Notes: a model not told the origin generated them from the sequence alone. A DNA stretch of 64,000 nucleotides from Ilumatobacteraceae bacterium (GCA_963779295.1 CAVZXO010000002.1:221927-285926), one strand, 5' to 3'; counted from the stretch's first letter, positions 1-11,638 are shown. A program made the numbers and translations.

Positions 1-1
1 C

Positions 2-361
2 CTGTGCGGAAACGTGTTGGCCCACGAGGACCGCTTCACCCAATTGCTCGACGGTCTGCGTGACATCTCGTTGGTCGGTGATGTGCGCGGCGACGGGTAC
101 TTCCGGGCCATCGAGTTGGTCAGCGACCAGGCCACGAAGGGATCGTTCACGCCCGACGAGTCCGAGTGGTTGCTGCGTGGCTTCATCTCGCCGCGCTTGT
201 ACGAGGCCGGTCTGATCTGTCGGACCGATGACCGCGCCGAGCCGGTGATCACGCTGTCGCCACCGCTGATCGCCGGGGAAGCCGAACTGTCGTTCATCAC
301 CGACACCTTGCGGACCGTGCTGTCCGATGCCGCTGTCGAGTTCGCGGCACGGCGGGGTTAG
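2..361 (+). CDS. Class III PLP-dependent aminotransferase, C-terminal fragment (5' end outside window)
   Basis: The frame is open from the window edge to TAG 359-361 (track ORF 14..361). The tail (GDVRGDGYF..., LSPPLIAGEAEL) resembles the C-terminal small domain of omega/acetylornithine-type aminotransferases. Assignment is by recall only. Confidence 0.55.
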   Translation: MCGNVLAHEDRFTQLLDGLRDISLVGDVRGDGYFRAIELVSDQATKGSFTPDESEWLLRGFISPRLYEAGLICRTDDRAEPVITLSPPLIAGEAELSFITDTLRTVLSDAAVEFAARRG

Positions 362-372
362 GGGCAGCCGGG

Positions 373-561
373 ATGCGACGCTCGATCGACGACTACCCGT
401 TCAGCGAGGATGACCTCCCCGAGGGCGCCGACGACGCCATGCTCGTGTCGTGGGCGGTGGCGATCAGCGACGACTACGACGACACGGAGCCGCGCGTGGT
501 GTTGACCGTGGAGGAAGTGGGTCACGCGGGGGAGGGATTGGTTGCCCACTGCACGTCCTGA
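373..561 (+). CDS. Small acidic hypothetical protein (possibly truncated by an indel)
   Basis: A 62-aa D/E-rich ORF with no recognisable family. A coding-looking continuation (HARRLRVALRDALREIGEDPGP, stop 629-631) lies in the next frame. Confidence 0.3.
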   Translation: MRRSIDDYPFSEDDLPEGADDAMLVSWAVAISDDYDDTEPRVVLTVEEVGHAGEGLVAHCTS

Positions 562-718
562 TCACGCCAGGCGGCTGCGGGTGGCACTGCGCGATGCCCT
601 GCGCGAGATCGGTGAAGATCCGGGCCCGTGATTGCCGTCGGACTCTTTGAGCGATAATGTTGATCGGGTTAGTCGGAATTGATGAGTCGGATTGCCGAAG
701 GTCGAAAGGGGTTGCCAC

Positions 719-2509
719 ATGAGCATCGCACCGGTTGTTGCTGCACCCCGCGATCTCGACGCCGAGCAGCAACGCGACATCGAGCGCTTCGAACGCGCTG
801 TCGCCCAGTACCTGTCGGGTGAGATCAGCGAAGACGTGTTCCGCGTCATGCGTCTCAACAACGGCGTCTACGGCCAGCGCCAGGGTGGTACCAGCCAGAT
901 GGTGCGCATCAAGCTGCCGGCCGGCACCATCACGCCCGAGCAACTCGACCTGATGGGTCACCTCGCCGAGACGTACTCGCGCGGTTGGGGTCACATCACC
1001 ACACGCCAGAACGTGCAGATCCACTTCGTCGAACTGACCAAGGTCACCGACGTGATGCGCGCACTCGGCGCTGTCGGCCTCACCACCCGCGAGGCATGCG
1101 GCGACACCGTACGCAACGTCATGGCCTGCCACCTCGCCGGTGCGTGCCCGCACGAGTTCCTCGACGTCACACCGTGGGCCGAAGCTGCGTTCCAACACTT
1201 CGTACGCAACCCGTTGGGTCAACGGCTGCCACGCAAGTTCAAGATCAACTTCTCCGGCTGCTCGACCGACTGCGGCCAGGCGATGTTCAACGACGTCGGC
1301 GTGATCGCCGCGACACGCACGCTCGAGGACGGCTCGACCGAATCCGGGTTCCGTGTGTACATCGCCGGTGGTCTCGGCGCCAACCCGCATCCGGCGTTGG
1401 CGCTCGAAGAGTTCACCTCACGTGAGGACCTTCTACCCACCATCGAGTCGGTGCTGCGAGTCTTCGACCAGACCGGCAACCGCGACAACAAGCTGCGCGC
1501 CCGGTTGAAGTGGGTCGTCGATCAACTCGGCATCGACGAGCTCCGTCGACGTGTCATCAAGATGCGCCACACCCTGCCGGCGTCGTCGTCGTGGCCTGGC
1601 GGGATCCCCGAGATCGTCCAGAAGGCCGGCGACGCCCCAGCCGGTCGGTCCAGCACCGTCGAGGCGACAGCGGTCGGTCAAGGCGTGGTGGTAGCGCTGA
1701 CGCCTCGTGATCCGTATCAGCGCTGGGTGGCAACCAGCGTCGTGCGCGGCAGCGCCAACGGAGCCGTGTCGGCGGTCGCGTACGCCGCTCTCGGCGACGT
1801 CACCGCCTCGCAGTTCCGGGCATTGGCATCGATCCAGCGCGAGCTGGGCGCCGACGTGCGGCTCAGCAATCGCCAGAACGTGGTCTTCCGCGGCCTCACC
1901 GAGGCGCAGTTGCCGATTCTGTACGCACGGCTCGAGGCAATCGAGATGGCTCGCCCAGGTGCTGAGCTGGCCCGCGACGTCGTCGCCTGTCCCGGTGCCG
2001 ACACCTGCAACATCGCGGTCACGCAGTCCCGCGGGTTGGCCAAGGCCATCGGCGAGAAGCTGGAGGAGGAGGGCCTCGCCGAGATCGGTGGGGTTCGCGT
2101 CAACATCTCCGGCTGCACCAACAGTTGCGGCCAGCATCACACCAGCGACATCGGGTTCTTCGGAGCCGAGCGCCGGGCCCACGGCAAGTCGGCGCCCGGC
2201 TACCAGATGCTGCTGGGTGGCTACATCGGCCAGGAGCAGGCCCACTTCGGCGAGAAGGCGTTGCGCCTCCCGGCCAAGGCCGCGCCCGATGCTGCCGTGC
2301 GCGTCATTCGTCGCTTCGCCGAGGAGCGCAGTGCCGGCGAGACCTTCCGCGGTTGGATGGATCGCTCCGGCGGGGCCACCGCCATCGCCGACGGCTTGCG
2401 AGATCTCGACTTCTTCCCATCACCCGAGGACGCCCCCGAGTTCTACGCCGACTACGACGAGACCGGCCCGTTCGTGGCCGACATTGGCGAGTCGGAGTGC
2501 GCGACCTGA
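719..2509 (+). CDS. sirA: Ferredoxin-dependent sulfite (nitrite/sulfite) reductase
   Basis: Track ORF 692..2509. ATG 719 is preferred because GAAAGGGG lies 7 nt upstream. The protein has duplicated nitrite/sulfite reductase halves and Cys clusters typical of the siroheme-[4Fe-4S] site (CPGADTCN, SGCTNSCGQHH). Confidence 0.88.
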   Translation: MSIAPVVAAPRDLDAEQQRDIERFERAVAQYLSGEISEDVFRVMRLNNGVYGQRQGGTSQMVRIKLPAGTITPEQLDLMGHLAETYSRGWGHITTRQNVQIHFVELTKVTDVMRALGAVGLTTREACGDTVRNVMACHLAGACPHEFLDVTPWAEAAFQHFVRNPLGQRLPRKFKINFSGCSTDCGQAMFNDVGVIAATRTLEDGSTESGFRVYIAGGLGANPHPALALEEFTSREDLLPTIESVLRVFDQTGNRDNKLRARLKWVVDQLGIDELRRRVIKMRHTLPASSSWPGGIPEIVQKAGDAPAGRSSTVEATAVGQGVVVALTPRDPYQRWVATSVVRGSANGAVSAVAYAALGDVTASQFRALASIQRELGADVRLSNRQNVVFRGLTEAQLPILYARLEAIEMARPGAELARDVVACPGADTCNIAVTQSRGLAKAIGEKLEEEGLAEIGGVRVNISGCTNSCGQHHTSDIGFFGAERRAHGKSAPGYQMLLGGYIGQEQAHFGEKALRLPAKAAPDAAVRVIRRFAEERSAGETFRGWMDRSGGATAIADGLRDLDFFPSPEDAPEFYADYDETGPFVADIGESECAT

Positions 2510-3111
2510 GTCCGCGCTACGACGCAGCGGTCGCCGCCATCGATCAGGCGAACGCTGCGGATCCGAACATCGTCGAAGTGCGCGGACATCGGGTTGCCCT
2601 CGCGTTGGTGCACGGTCAACTGGCTGCGGAATGGATCGCCCAACTGGTCGACGACCCCGACGAGGCGTTGCTGCTTGCTGCCCGTGCCCACCATCTACGC
2701 CGGTGGGAGTTGCGACGCGATGCCTATCCGGCCGGTCGCTCCGGGTACCTGCGTTGGCGCCGCGACCAGAAGGTTCGCCACGCCACCGATGTCGCCGCGA
2801 TCCTCGCGCCGTGTGGTTACGAGGACGACGACATCGAACGCGTCCAGCACCTGATTCGGCGCGAGTCCGTCGACGGCGCGCAGGCAGTCGAGGATGCCGC
2901 GTGTCTCGTCTTCATCGAGACGCAGCTCGCGGCTTTCGCGGCGCGAACCGAACACGATCTCACCATCTCGGTGATCCGCAAGACGGCTCGCAAGATGAGC
3001 CCTGAAGGGTTGGGACTGGTCGGCGCGATACCACTGGGCGAGGCGGACCAGAAATTGCTCGCCGAGGCACTCGGTGGCGAGATAGCGCCCGAGCAGGCGT
3101 CAGAAGAATAG
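2497..3111 (+). CDS. DUF4202 domain-containing protein
   Basis: GTG 2497 overlaps the sirA stop by 13 nt. The 204-aa product carries motifs I recall from DUF4202 proteins (ANAADPN, YPAGRSGYLRWR, EDAACLVF, KTARKMSPEG). Confidence 0.7.
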   Translation: MRDLSPRYDAAVAAIDQANAADPNIVEVRGHRVALALVHGQLAAEWIAQLVDDPDEALLLAARAHHLRRWELRRDAYPAGRSGYLRWRRDQKVRHATDVAAILAPCGYEDDDIERVQHLIRRESVDGAQAVEDAACLVFIETQLAAFAARTEHDLTISVIRKTARKMSPEGLGLVGAIPLGEADQKLLAEALGGEIAPEQASEE

Positions 3112-3262
3112 GTCAAATGACCTAGTGCGTACCCATTGACACTGAGCGTGGTTGCGGGGCAGTCTTTCTGGGCACCCGCGGCTCCCTCCGCCAGGTGTGT
3201 TCGGGGACAACAGTGGCAGTACGCGACAGGGTCGAACATGACGACGACGGCGAGGTTGGTCG

Positions 3263-3727
3263 ATGACCACCACGCTTGCTTTTGGACTCCGGCCGGCTCT
3301 GCCGGCTGACGCGGACTTCGAGTACGTGCTGTATGCGTCGACCCGCGACGACCTGCGCCCACTCGGCTCAGAGGTGTTCGATGGCTTGGTCGGCATGCAG
3401 TTCCGTGCCCAGTCGATGTCGATCCGCCTCGATCACCCCAATGCCGAGCGCAAGATCGTTCTCGTCGAAGACGCTCCCGTGGGTCGACTGATCACCGACG
3501 GCTCCGGCAGTCACATCGAGGTCATCGATGTCGCCCTGTTGCCCGAGTACCGCGGCCACGGCATCGGCACCGGCGTGTTGCGTGGTGTCATCGCCCATGC
3601 CGATCGTCTCGGTCGTGCCGTGCGGCTGCACGTCGAGAAGCAGAGCCGGGCTGTTCGTCTGTACGAACGCCTCGGCTTCGCCATCTGCGGCGACGTCGGC
3701 ATGTACTTCGCCATGTCCCGCGGCTAA
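3263..3727 (+). CDS. GNAT family N-acetyltransferase
   Basis: A 154-aa ORF with the acetyl-CoA binding signature (LLPEYRGHGIGTGV ... YERLGF). Confidence 0.8.
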   Translation: MTTTLAFGLRPALPADADFEYVLYASTRDDLRPLGSEVFDGLVGMQFRAQSMSIRLDHPNAERKIVLVEDAPVGRLITDGSGSHIEVIDVALLPEYRGHGIGTGVLRGVIAHADRLGRAVRLHVEKQSRAVRLYERLGFAICGDVGMYFAMSRG

Positions 3728-3781
3728 CGCTGCCGCAGCAACAGATGGGCGCTCAAGCCAGCCGGACGATGAACGACACGT

Positions 3782-3818
3782 GGGTGAGACGGTACGCCGA
3801 AGGCGTGCTGGCTCAGCC
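3782..3818. repeat. REP-like imperfect palindrome, family 1, copy 1
   Basis: GGGTGAGACGGTACGCC-GAAG-GCGTGCTGGCTCAGCC folds as a ~17-bp imperfect hairpin. Its first 27 nt are identical to the reverse complement of 11649-11675. It lies between the convergent GNAT and prfC genes and overlaps the prfC stop codon. Confidence 0.8.
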
Positions 3819-5405
3819 AGCGATGATCGGCAGCAGCGTCAGTTCGGGCTCGTCGCTCTCCAGGCGTTGCAGCCTGTAGCGGTTCTCGAACAACGCAACC
3901 AGCGCGCCGTCGCCACGGGTGAGGATGCGGATGCCGCCGATGCGGCGTAGTCGCTCGCTCGATTCCTTGTCGGTCAGGCGGATCGCCTGGTACGGAGCGG
4001 AGAGGATCTCCGTCGGCGCACCGAACTCGCTGCCCAGCCGGTAGGCGAACACCTCGAATTGCAGTTCGCCGACGGCAGCAAGGATGGTCTCGGTATCGCC
4101 GAAGTCGGGGTCGCGCAACACCTGCACCACGCCCTCCTCGTCGAGTTGCTCGAGGCCTTTGCGGAACTGTTTGAACCTGCCGTTGTCGAGCGGGCGGGCC
4201 TTGGCGAACACTTCCGGCGAGAACCTCGGGATCGGCGGGAACTCCACGGCCAAGCCGGCGTAGCCGGCGTCGTACAGCGTGTCGCCCAGTTGCACCCCGC
4301 TGGCGTTGACCAAGCCGACGACGTCGCCGGGAAACGCTTCGTCGACCGTCTCGCGGTCGGGTCCGAAGGCTGTCGTCGCGTACTTGGTGGTGATGTCGCG
4401 ACCCGTGCGGTGGTTGGTGACGCTCATGCCGCGCTCGAACCTGCCGGAGCAGATGCGGGCGAACGCGATCCGGTCGCGGTGCGACGGGTCCATGTTGGCT
4501 TGGACCTTGAACACGAACGCCGAGAACGGGCTGTCGAGCTCTCGCGGCTCGTCGTCGCGATCGAACCGTGGCGATGGCGACGGGGCCAGATCGATGACGG
4601 CGTCGAGCAACAGGCGCACGCCGAAGTTCGTCAAGGCAGACCCGACGAACACCGGTGTCGATTGCCCGGCGAGGAACGATGGCAGGTCGACATCGGCGCC
4701 GATCGCGTCCAACAGCGAGCACTCGTCGAGGGCCGCCTTCCACGCCGCGCCGTGCTCGGCCGACCCCGCGGCAGCGGCGACATCGACGTCGCTGGTCTCC
4801 TCGGCAGCCGCCGAAGCTCCGCGAGCGGTTCGGGTGAACCTGGTGTAACGCCCCGTACGCCGGTCGATGAGGCCCTGGAACGCGTCTCCGTCGCCAACGG
4901 GCCACGTCACGGGGGTCGGGCGCAGTTGGATCTGCTTCTCGATCTCGTCGAGGAGCTCCAGTGGTTCGCGGCCGGGCCGGTCGTACTTGTTGAGGAAGGT
5001 GATCACCGGCAGGTTCCGCGCTCGACAGACCTGGAACAGCTTCAGGGTCTGGGACTCGATGCCTTTCGCGGCATCGAGCACCATCACGACGGCGTCGACA
5101 GCCGACAGCACGCGGTACGTGTCTTCGGAGAAGTCGCGGTGACCTGGTGTGTCGAGCAGGTTCATGATGTGATCGCCGTACGGGAACTGCATCACGGTGG
5201 AACTGATGGAGATGCCGCGCTGCTGCTCCAGTTCCATCCAGTCGCTACGCGCCGATCGTCGACCCTCGCGGGCGTGGACTGCGCCGGCTTCTTGCACCGC
5301 GCCGGAGTACAGCAGGAACTTCTCGGTCAGCGTCGTCTTGCCGGCGTCCGGGTGGCTGATGATCGCAAAGGTGCGACGGCGCTTGGCCTCGGCGATCTCG
5401 TTCAT
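3813..5405 (-). CDS. prfC: Peptide chain release factor 3
   Basis: An intact 530-aa ORF. It has an N-terminal translational GTPase (RRTFAIISHPDAGKTTLTEK, DTPGHRDF, NKYDR) and RF3-typical length and C-terminus. Confidence 0.95.
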   Translation of the reverse strand: MNEIAEAKRRRTFAIISHPDAGKTTLTEKFLLYSGAVQEAGAVHAREGRRSARSDWMELEQQRGISISSTVMQFPYGDHIMNLLDTPGHRDFSEDTYRVLSAVDAVVMVLDAAKGIESQTLKLFQVCRARNLPVITFLNKYDRPGREPLELLDEIEKQIQLRPTPVTWPVGDGDAFQGLIDRRTGRYTRFTRTARGASAAAEETSDVDVAAAAGSAEHGAAWKAALDECSLLDAIGADVDLPSFLAGQSTPVFVGSALTNFGVRLLLDAVIDLAPSPSPRFDRDDEPRELDSPFSAFVFKVQANMDPSHRDRIAFARICSGRFERGMSVTNHRTGRDITTKYATTAFGPDRETVDEAFPGDVVGLVNASGVQLGDTLYDAGYAGLAVEFPPIPRFSPEVFAKARPLDNGRFKQFRKGLEQLDEEGVVQVLRDPDFGDTETILAAVGELQFEVFAYRLGSEFGAPTEILSAPYQAIRLTDKESSERLRRIGGIRILTRGDGALVALFENRYRLQRLESDEPELTLLPIIAG

Positions 5406-5424
5406 GGCCGTTCGAGGTTACCGG

Positions 5425-5527
5425 CGATGAGAGATGAGCCGCCGGAGGCCGCACATCTCTCATCGCACCGTGGTCGGATGGCCTGGAGATGAGAGATGTG
5501 CGGCGCAGGGCGGCTCATCTCTCATCG
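5425..5527. repeat. Pair of inverted ~40-nt hairpin repeats, family 2
   Basis: Copy A (5425-5465) is CGATGAGAGATGAGCCGCCGGAGGCCGCACATCTCTCATCG. Copy B (5488-5527) is nearly its reverse complement. Each has an 11-bp perfect outer stem, GATGAGAGATG/CATCTCTCATC. The pair sits between the XRE gene 3' end and the prfC start. Confidence 0.85.
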
Positions 5528-5533
5528 CCGGGC

Positions 5534-6357
5534 TCACGCTATGTTTCGCCAGGCAGCGAGGCGCGCCGCGCTGTCGTCTCCTGGCACGGGCAACTGGCAG
5601 CACACTCGCAGGCCTGGCCATTCGCTGGGGGTCAATTGCTGGTACTCGAAGACGAGGTTGCCGGCACGAGGATGGGCGTACCGGCGCAGCCGTGTCTGGA
5701 ACTGGGCGACGTCGATCTGCGGCCACCACTCGGCGAACTCCGGGCTCGCGGCCACCAGGCGATCGACCAGGTCGATGTAGTGAGGATCGTCGCGCAACGC
5801 GGCGGTGCCGGATCGGAACTCGGCCATGATCCGGCGGGCCTGATCGGCCCAGTCGGTCAGCAGCCGCCGTGCGTTCGGCTCGGCGAACACCACCCACAGC
5901 AGGTTGCGTTCGTCGTCGCCCAGTCGGTCGATGAGCGGATACAACAGCGACTGCGGGCGGTTCCAGGCCAGGAAGTCCCACCGCGGGCCGAGCACGTACG
6001 CCGGCGCCGGCTCCATCGACGTGATCAGCCGCACGAGTGCGTCCGGGGCGTGCTCGACGGTCTCGATCGGCTCCAGCGGGGGCGCGGGTCGCGAGGGCCA
6101 GCATGTGTTGTCGCTCGGCGTCGTCGAGGCGCAGTGCCCGCGCCAGCGCCGACAGCACATCGACGGAAGCGTTGATCGGGCGGCCCTGCTCCAGCCACGT
6201 GTACCACGTCACCGACACGCCGGCCAGCATCGCGATCTCCTCGCGTCGCAGCCCCTTCGTGCGCCGCGATCGTCCCTCCGGCAGCCCGACTTCGGTCGGC
6301 GCCAGACGCGTCGCGGCGAGCGCGCAGGAATGCGGCCAGCTCGTCGCGTCGGGTCAT
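5534..6357 (-). pseudogene. XRE-family helix-turn-helix transcriptional regulator, frameshifted as assembled (x2)
   Basis: The protein is split over three frames. The N-terminus MTRRDELAAFLRARRDA is in ORF 6025..6357. The HTH MLAGVSVTWYTWLEQGRPINASVDVLSALARAL is in ORF 5460..6230. The C-terminal domain is in ORF 5534..6160. Frame changes occur near 6305 and 6080. Confidence 0.75.
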
Positions 6358-6410
6358 CGGCCCATTCGATCACGCCGAAGATGGTGGCGACCTAGTGGTG
6401 TTGCTACCTG

Positions 6411-8666
6411 TCAGCCGCCGTTCGAGGCCTGGACCCACGTTCTGCACGGCTCACCGCGCAGTGAACCGCACGCCGGCGGGGCGTCCGGCGGCACGTCGAC
6501 TCCGGCGACGACCGGCAGCACCAGCTTCGACATGCGCACGCCGCCCGTAGCGACGGTGACCGTCTCGCCGCTGGCGATCGTGACGAACTCCCACACCGGC
6601 CGGTTGTTGCCCGGTGCATCGATCGTCAACCGCAGCCGGCTGCCGGCTCGGAAGGGATGGGCGAAGGGGAAGAGCTCGACTCGCACCTCGGTGAGCTCCC
6701 CAACGGGCAGGTCTGCAGAATCGGCTTCGAGGTTGGTGTGGGCCGGACGCAGCTCGGTCGCACTGTCGGCAAGCGCACGCTGGCTGGCCCGCAGCCATCC
6801 ACTCTGCACGTAGATCTCCTGCCCGTCGGGACGCACTTCGCTGATGGTCGCCTCGATGTCGGTGTCGGCCGACGTCGCCGTGATCCACAGATCGACGGAC
6901 CCCGGTCCGGCAACGACCACGTCGTCGGGGAGTGGAGCGGTGACGAAACCGAGGCCGTTGTCGGCGGGAATCGGCCGCCAGTCGTACTGCACGCCGGCCT
7001 TCCAGATGTCGCTGCTCTGACCTCCTGGATAGAACGTGGCGGGAAGTACCGACGGGTCGGCGATGTACGTGTACTCGTTCGGTTCGACAGGCGCGAGCTG
7101 GTCCAACGCGCCACCGTCGCCGAGGTACCACGTCGTCGCCGTTTCCGATGGAATCGGCCACGAGGAAACTCGGCGACGAAGTTCGGCTCCGGGGTGCCGG
7201 GCGCGTACGCAGGATTGCCGCCCTGCTCGAACCCGATCCGGATCGACGGCTCGGCCTCGAACTCGGCCAGCGCCGTCTCGTACGTGTCGCCGGCGAACCG
7301 ATCCTCGAACGGGGCGAACGTGTCGACACCCCAGATCGTCGGTTCCGATCAGCGGCACGATCAGGTTGAGCGGTGTCACTGAAGGAACCTTCTTGGCGAC
7401 GTAGAGGTCGAGGAACTCGACGTATCGACCGAGCACCGGGGGAGTCAGCGCCTCGGTGTGCAGGCCGTTCATCAAGGTGACGTAGAGGTGTGGCGAGCTG
7501 GTGAACTTGTCGAGCATCGCCGGGAAGTGACCGCCGGTCTGCTCGTCCTGCCAGGCGCCGGCGAGGAAGACCGGCACCGTGATCTTGTCGACGAACGTGA
7601 TCGGTGCGAGCGAGTCGCCGAGCTCCGGCGAGTAGTACGGGTTGTCGTCGATCTCTTCCACCAGGTCCGGGTTCTGCAGTCGCAGCTTCTGGTTCTCGGC
7701 GCACACGGTGTCGCCGGCGTCGGCTCGCGCCTTCGTCCATTCCTGACCGAACGGCTTGGCCTCGTCGACCCGCTCCTGCGTCCACGTGACTGCGAATCCG
7801 GTGTTGAGGATGCCCCCCGGATACAGGGTCGCCCGGTAGCTGTCGTCGAGCACCGACAACGGCGTGATCGAGTTGAGACTCGGTGGTTGCGTTGCGGCGA
7901 CGAACAGTTGGGCGATGCCGGGATACGAGATGCCGACCATTCCGACCTGGTTGTCGAGCACCCACGGTTGGGCTGCGATGGTTTCGATCGCGTCGTACCC
8001 GTCGAGGCTCTGCACGGTCTCGAAGAATCTGATACGAGCCGCCGCTGCATCCGGTGCCGCGCATGTTGACCCCGACGTAGGCGAAGCCCATCGTCGTGTA
8101 GAGCTGGGCCAGTTGGGCACTGTCTGGATCGCTGGGCTGATAGCCGCTGTACTCGACGACTGTCGGGTACGGGCCCTGGTCCGCGGGTCCGGGAAGGATC
8201 ACATTGGCGCTCAGCGTCGTGCCGTCGCGGGTCGTGATGTAGCCGAACCCACCCTCGGGCAGCTTCGGCTGGCTCGAGTAGAAGTCGGCCGGAGGATTGA
8301 CGGTCGGATCGGCGACCGTGACCGTGTCGCTGATTGCGGTGCTGCTGCTGACGGTGTACCCGTCGCCCGGTTCGAGCTCGCGGAACAGCAGCGAGCCCTG
8401 CTCGTCGACGGTGCCCTTGGCGACCTCGAGCGCCATCGCGCTTCGGACGCAAGGGTCTCGCCCGGCGTGTCGTCGAGGATCGCGATCTGTTCGGTGCCCG
8501 GCTGGACGGTGAACGTGGCCTTGGCCAGCGGGATCGTGGTGGTCGGTGCATCGGTCGCCGGGGCCGTGCCGGAGCCCGGCGTCGAGGTCGCCGCGTCTCC
8601 GGACCCCGAGCAACGGCGGCGATCAGGGCCGCGGCAGCGAGGACTTCGGACGAGGCGGGGGCGCAT
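6411..8666 (-). pseudogene. CocE/NonD-family (S15 X-Pro dipeptidyl-peptidase-like) hydrolase, probable lipoprotein, at least 6 frameshifts as assembled
   Basis: Segments sit in alternating frames: YITTRDGTTLSANV...VEYSGY, VGMVGISYPG (GxSxG nucleophile), FLAGAWQDEQTGG, and a C-terminal beta-sandwich. Frame changes occur near 8640, 8612, 8450, 8040, 7345 and 7165. I translated the 7165-7345 segment directly. Confidence 0.75.
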
Positions 8667-8788
8667 CGAACGATTGTTCCATGTTCTGTCCGATGCGGTT
8701 CAGTCGGTGAGCCAGGTGTCACGTATCCAATCGGCGGTCGGGCTGCTCTGTACATCAACAAGGGACGGTCGCTGGAGGAGGTGTGCGT

Positions 8789-9094
8789 ATGGCGACGATC
8801 ATCATCGGATCGTTGGCATTCAGCATCGGCGGAGCCTTCATGGGCGTGTCGAACGGTTTCACCAGGTTCTGGCCCAGCGTCCTCATCGCTGCGTGCTTCG
8901 TGATCGGCGCCGGGTTTCTGGCGAAGGCCGTGAATCGGGGCGGGTTGAGCACCACGTACGTGATCGCGCTCGGCTGCGAGGCCGTGATCTCGGTCGGCAT
9001 CGGCCTGGCACTCCTGGGCGAGCGGTTGACCGCTCCGCAAGTCGCAGGGATCGCGATCATCCTCGTCGGCCTCGCCACCTTGAACCACGGCTAG
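8789..9094 (+). CDS. Small multidrug resistance (SMR/DMT) family transporter
   Basis: About 101 aa with four hydrophobic segments. GGAGGAGG lies 8 nt upstream of ATG 8789 (the track ORF starts at 8783). Confidence 0.72.
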   Translation: MATIIIGSLAFSIGGAFMGVSNGFTRFWPSVLIAACFVIGAGFLAKAVNRGGLSTTYVIALGCEAVISVGIGLALLGERLTAPQVAGIAIILVGLATLNHG

Positions 9095-9125
9095 GGCGAC
9101 GCTGGAGTCTCCCGCGGCACCTTGG

Positions 9126-11622
<2,497 letters not shown>

Positions 11623-11638
11623 CTACCTGAACCGGCAC

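Noticed and set aside
3112-3262. A candidate small RNA (6C-like C-rich loops, e.g. GGCTCCCTCCGCC) in the 150-nt gap before the GNAT gene.
   Set aside because: There is only one short C-rich hairpin, with no second conserved stem-loop and no terminator. The evidence is insufficient without a covariance-model search or expression data.
8667-8788. A possible guanidine riboswitch (ykkC-III or mini-ykkC) upstream of the SMR transporter, since such transporters are often riboswitch-controlled.
   Set aside because: I could not fold the region into two ACGR-loop hairpins or the guanidine-III pseudoknot. Only a loose resemblance (ACAAGGGACGG) is present. A covariance-model scan would be needed to revisit this.
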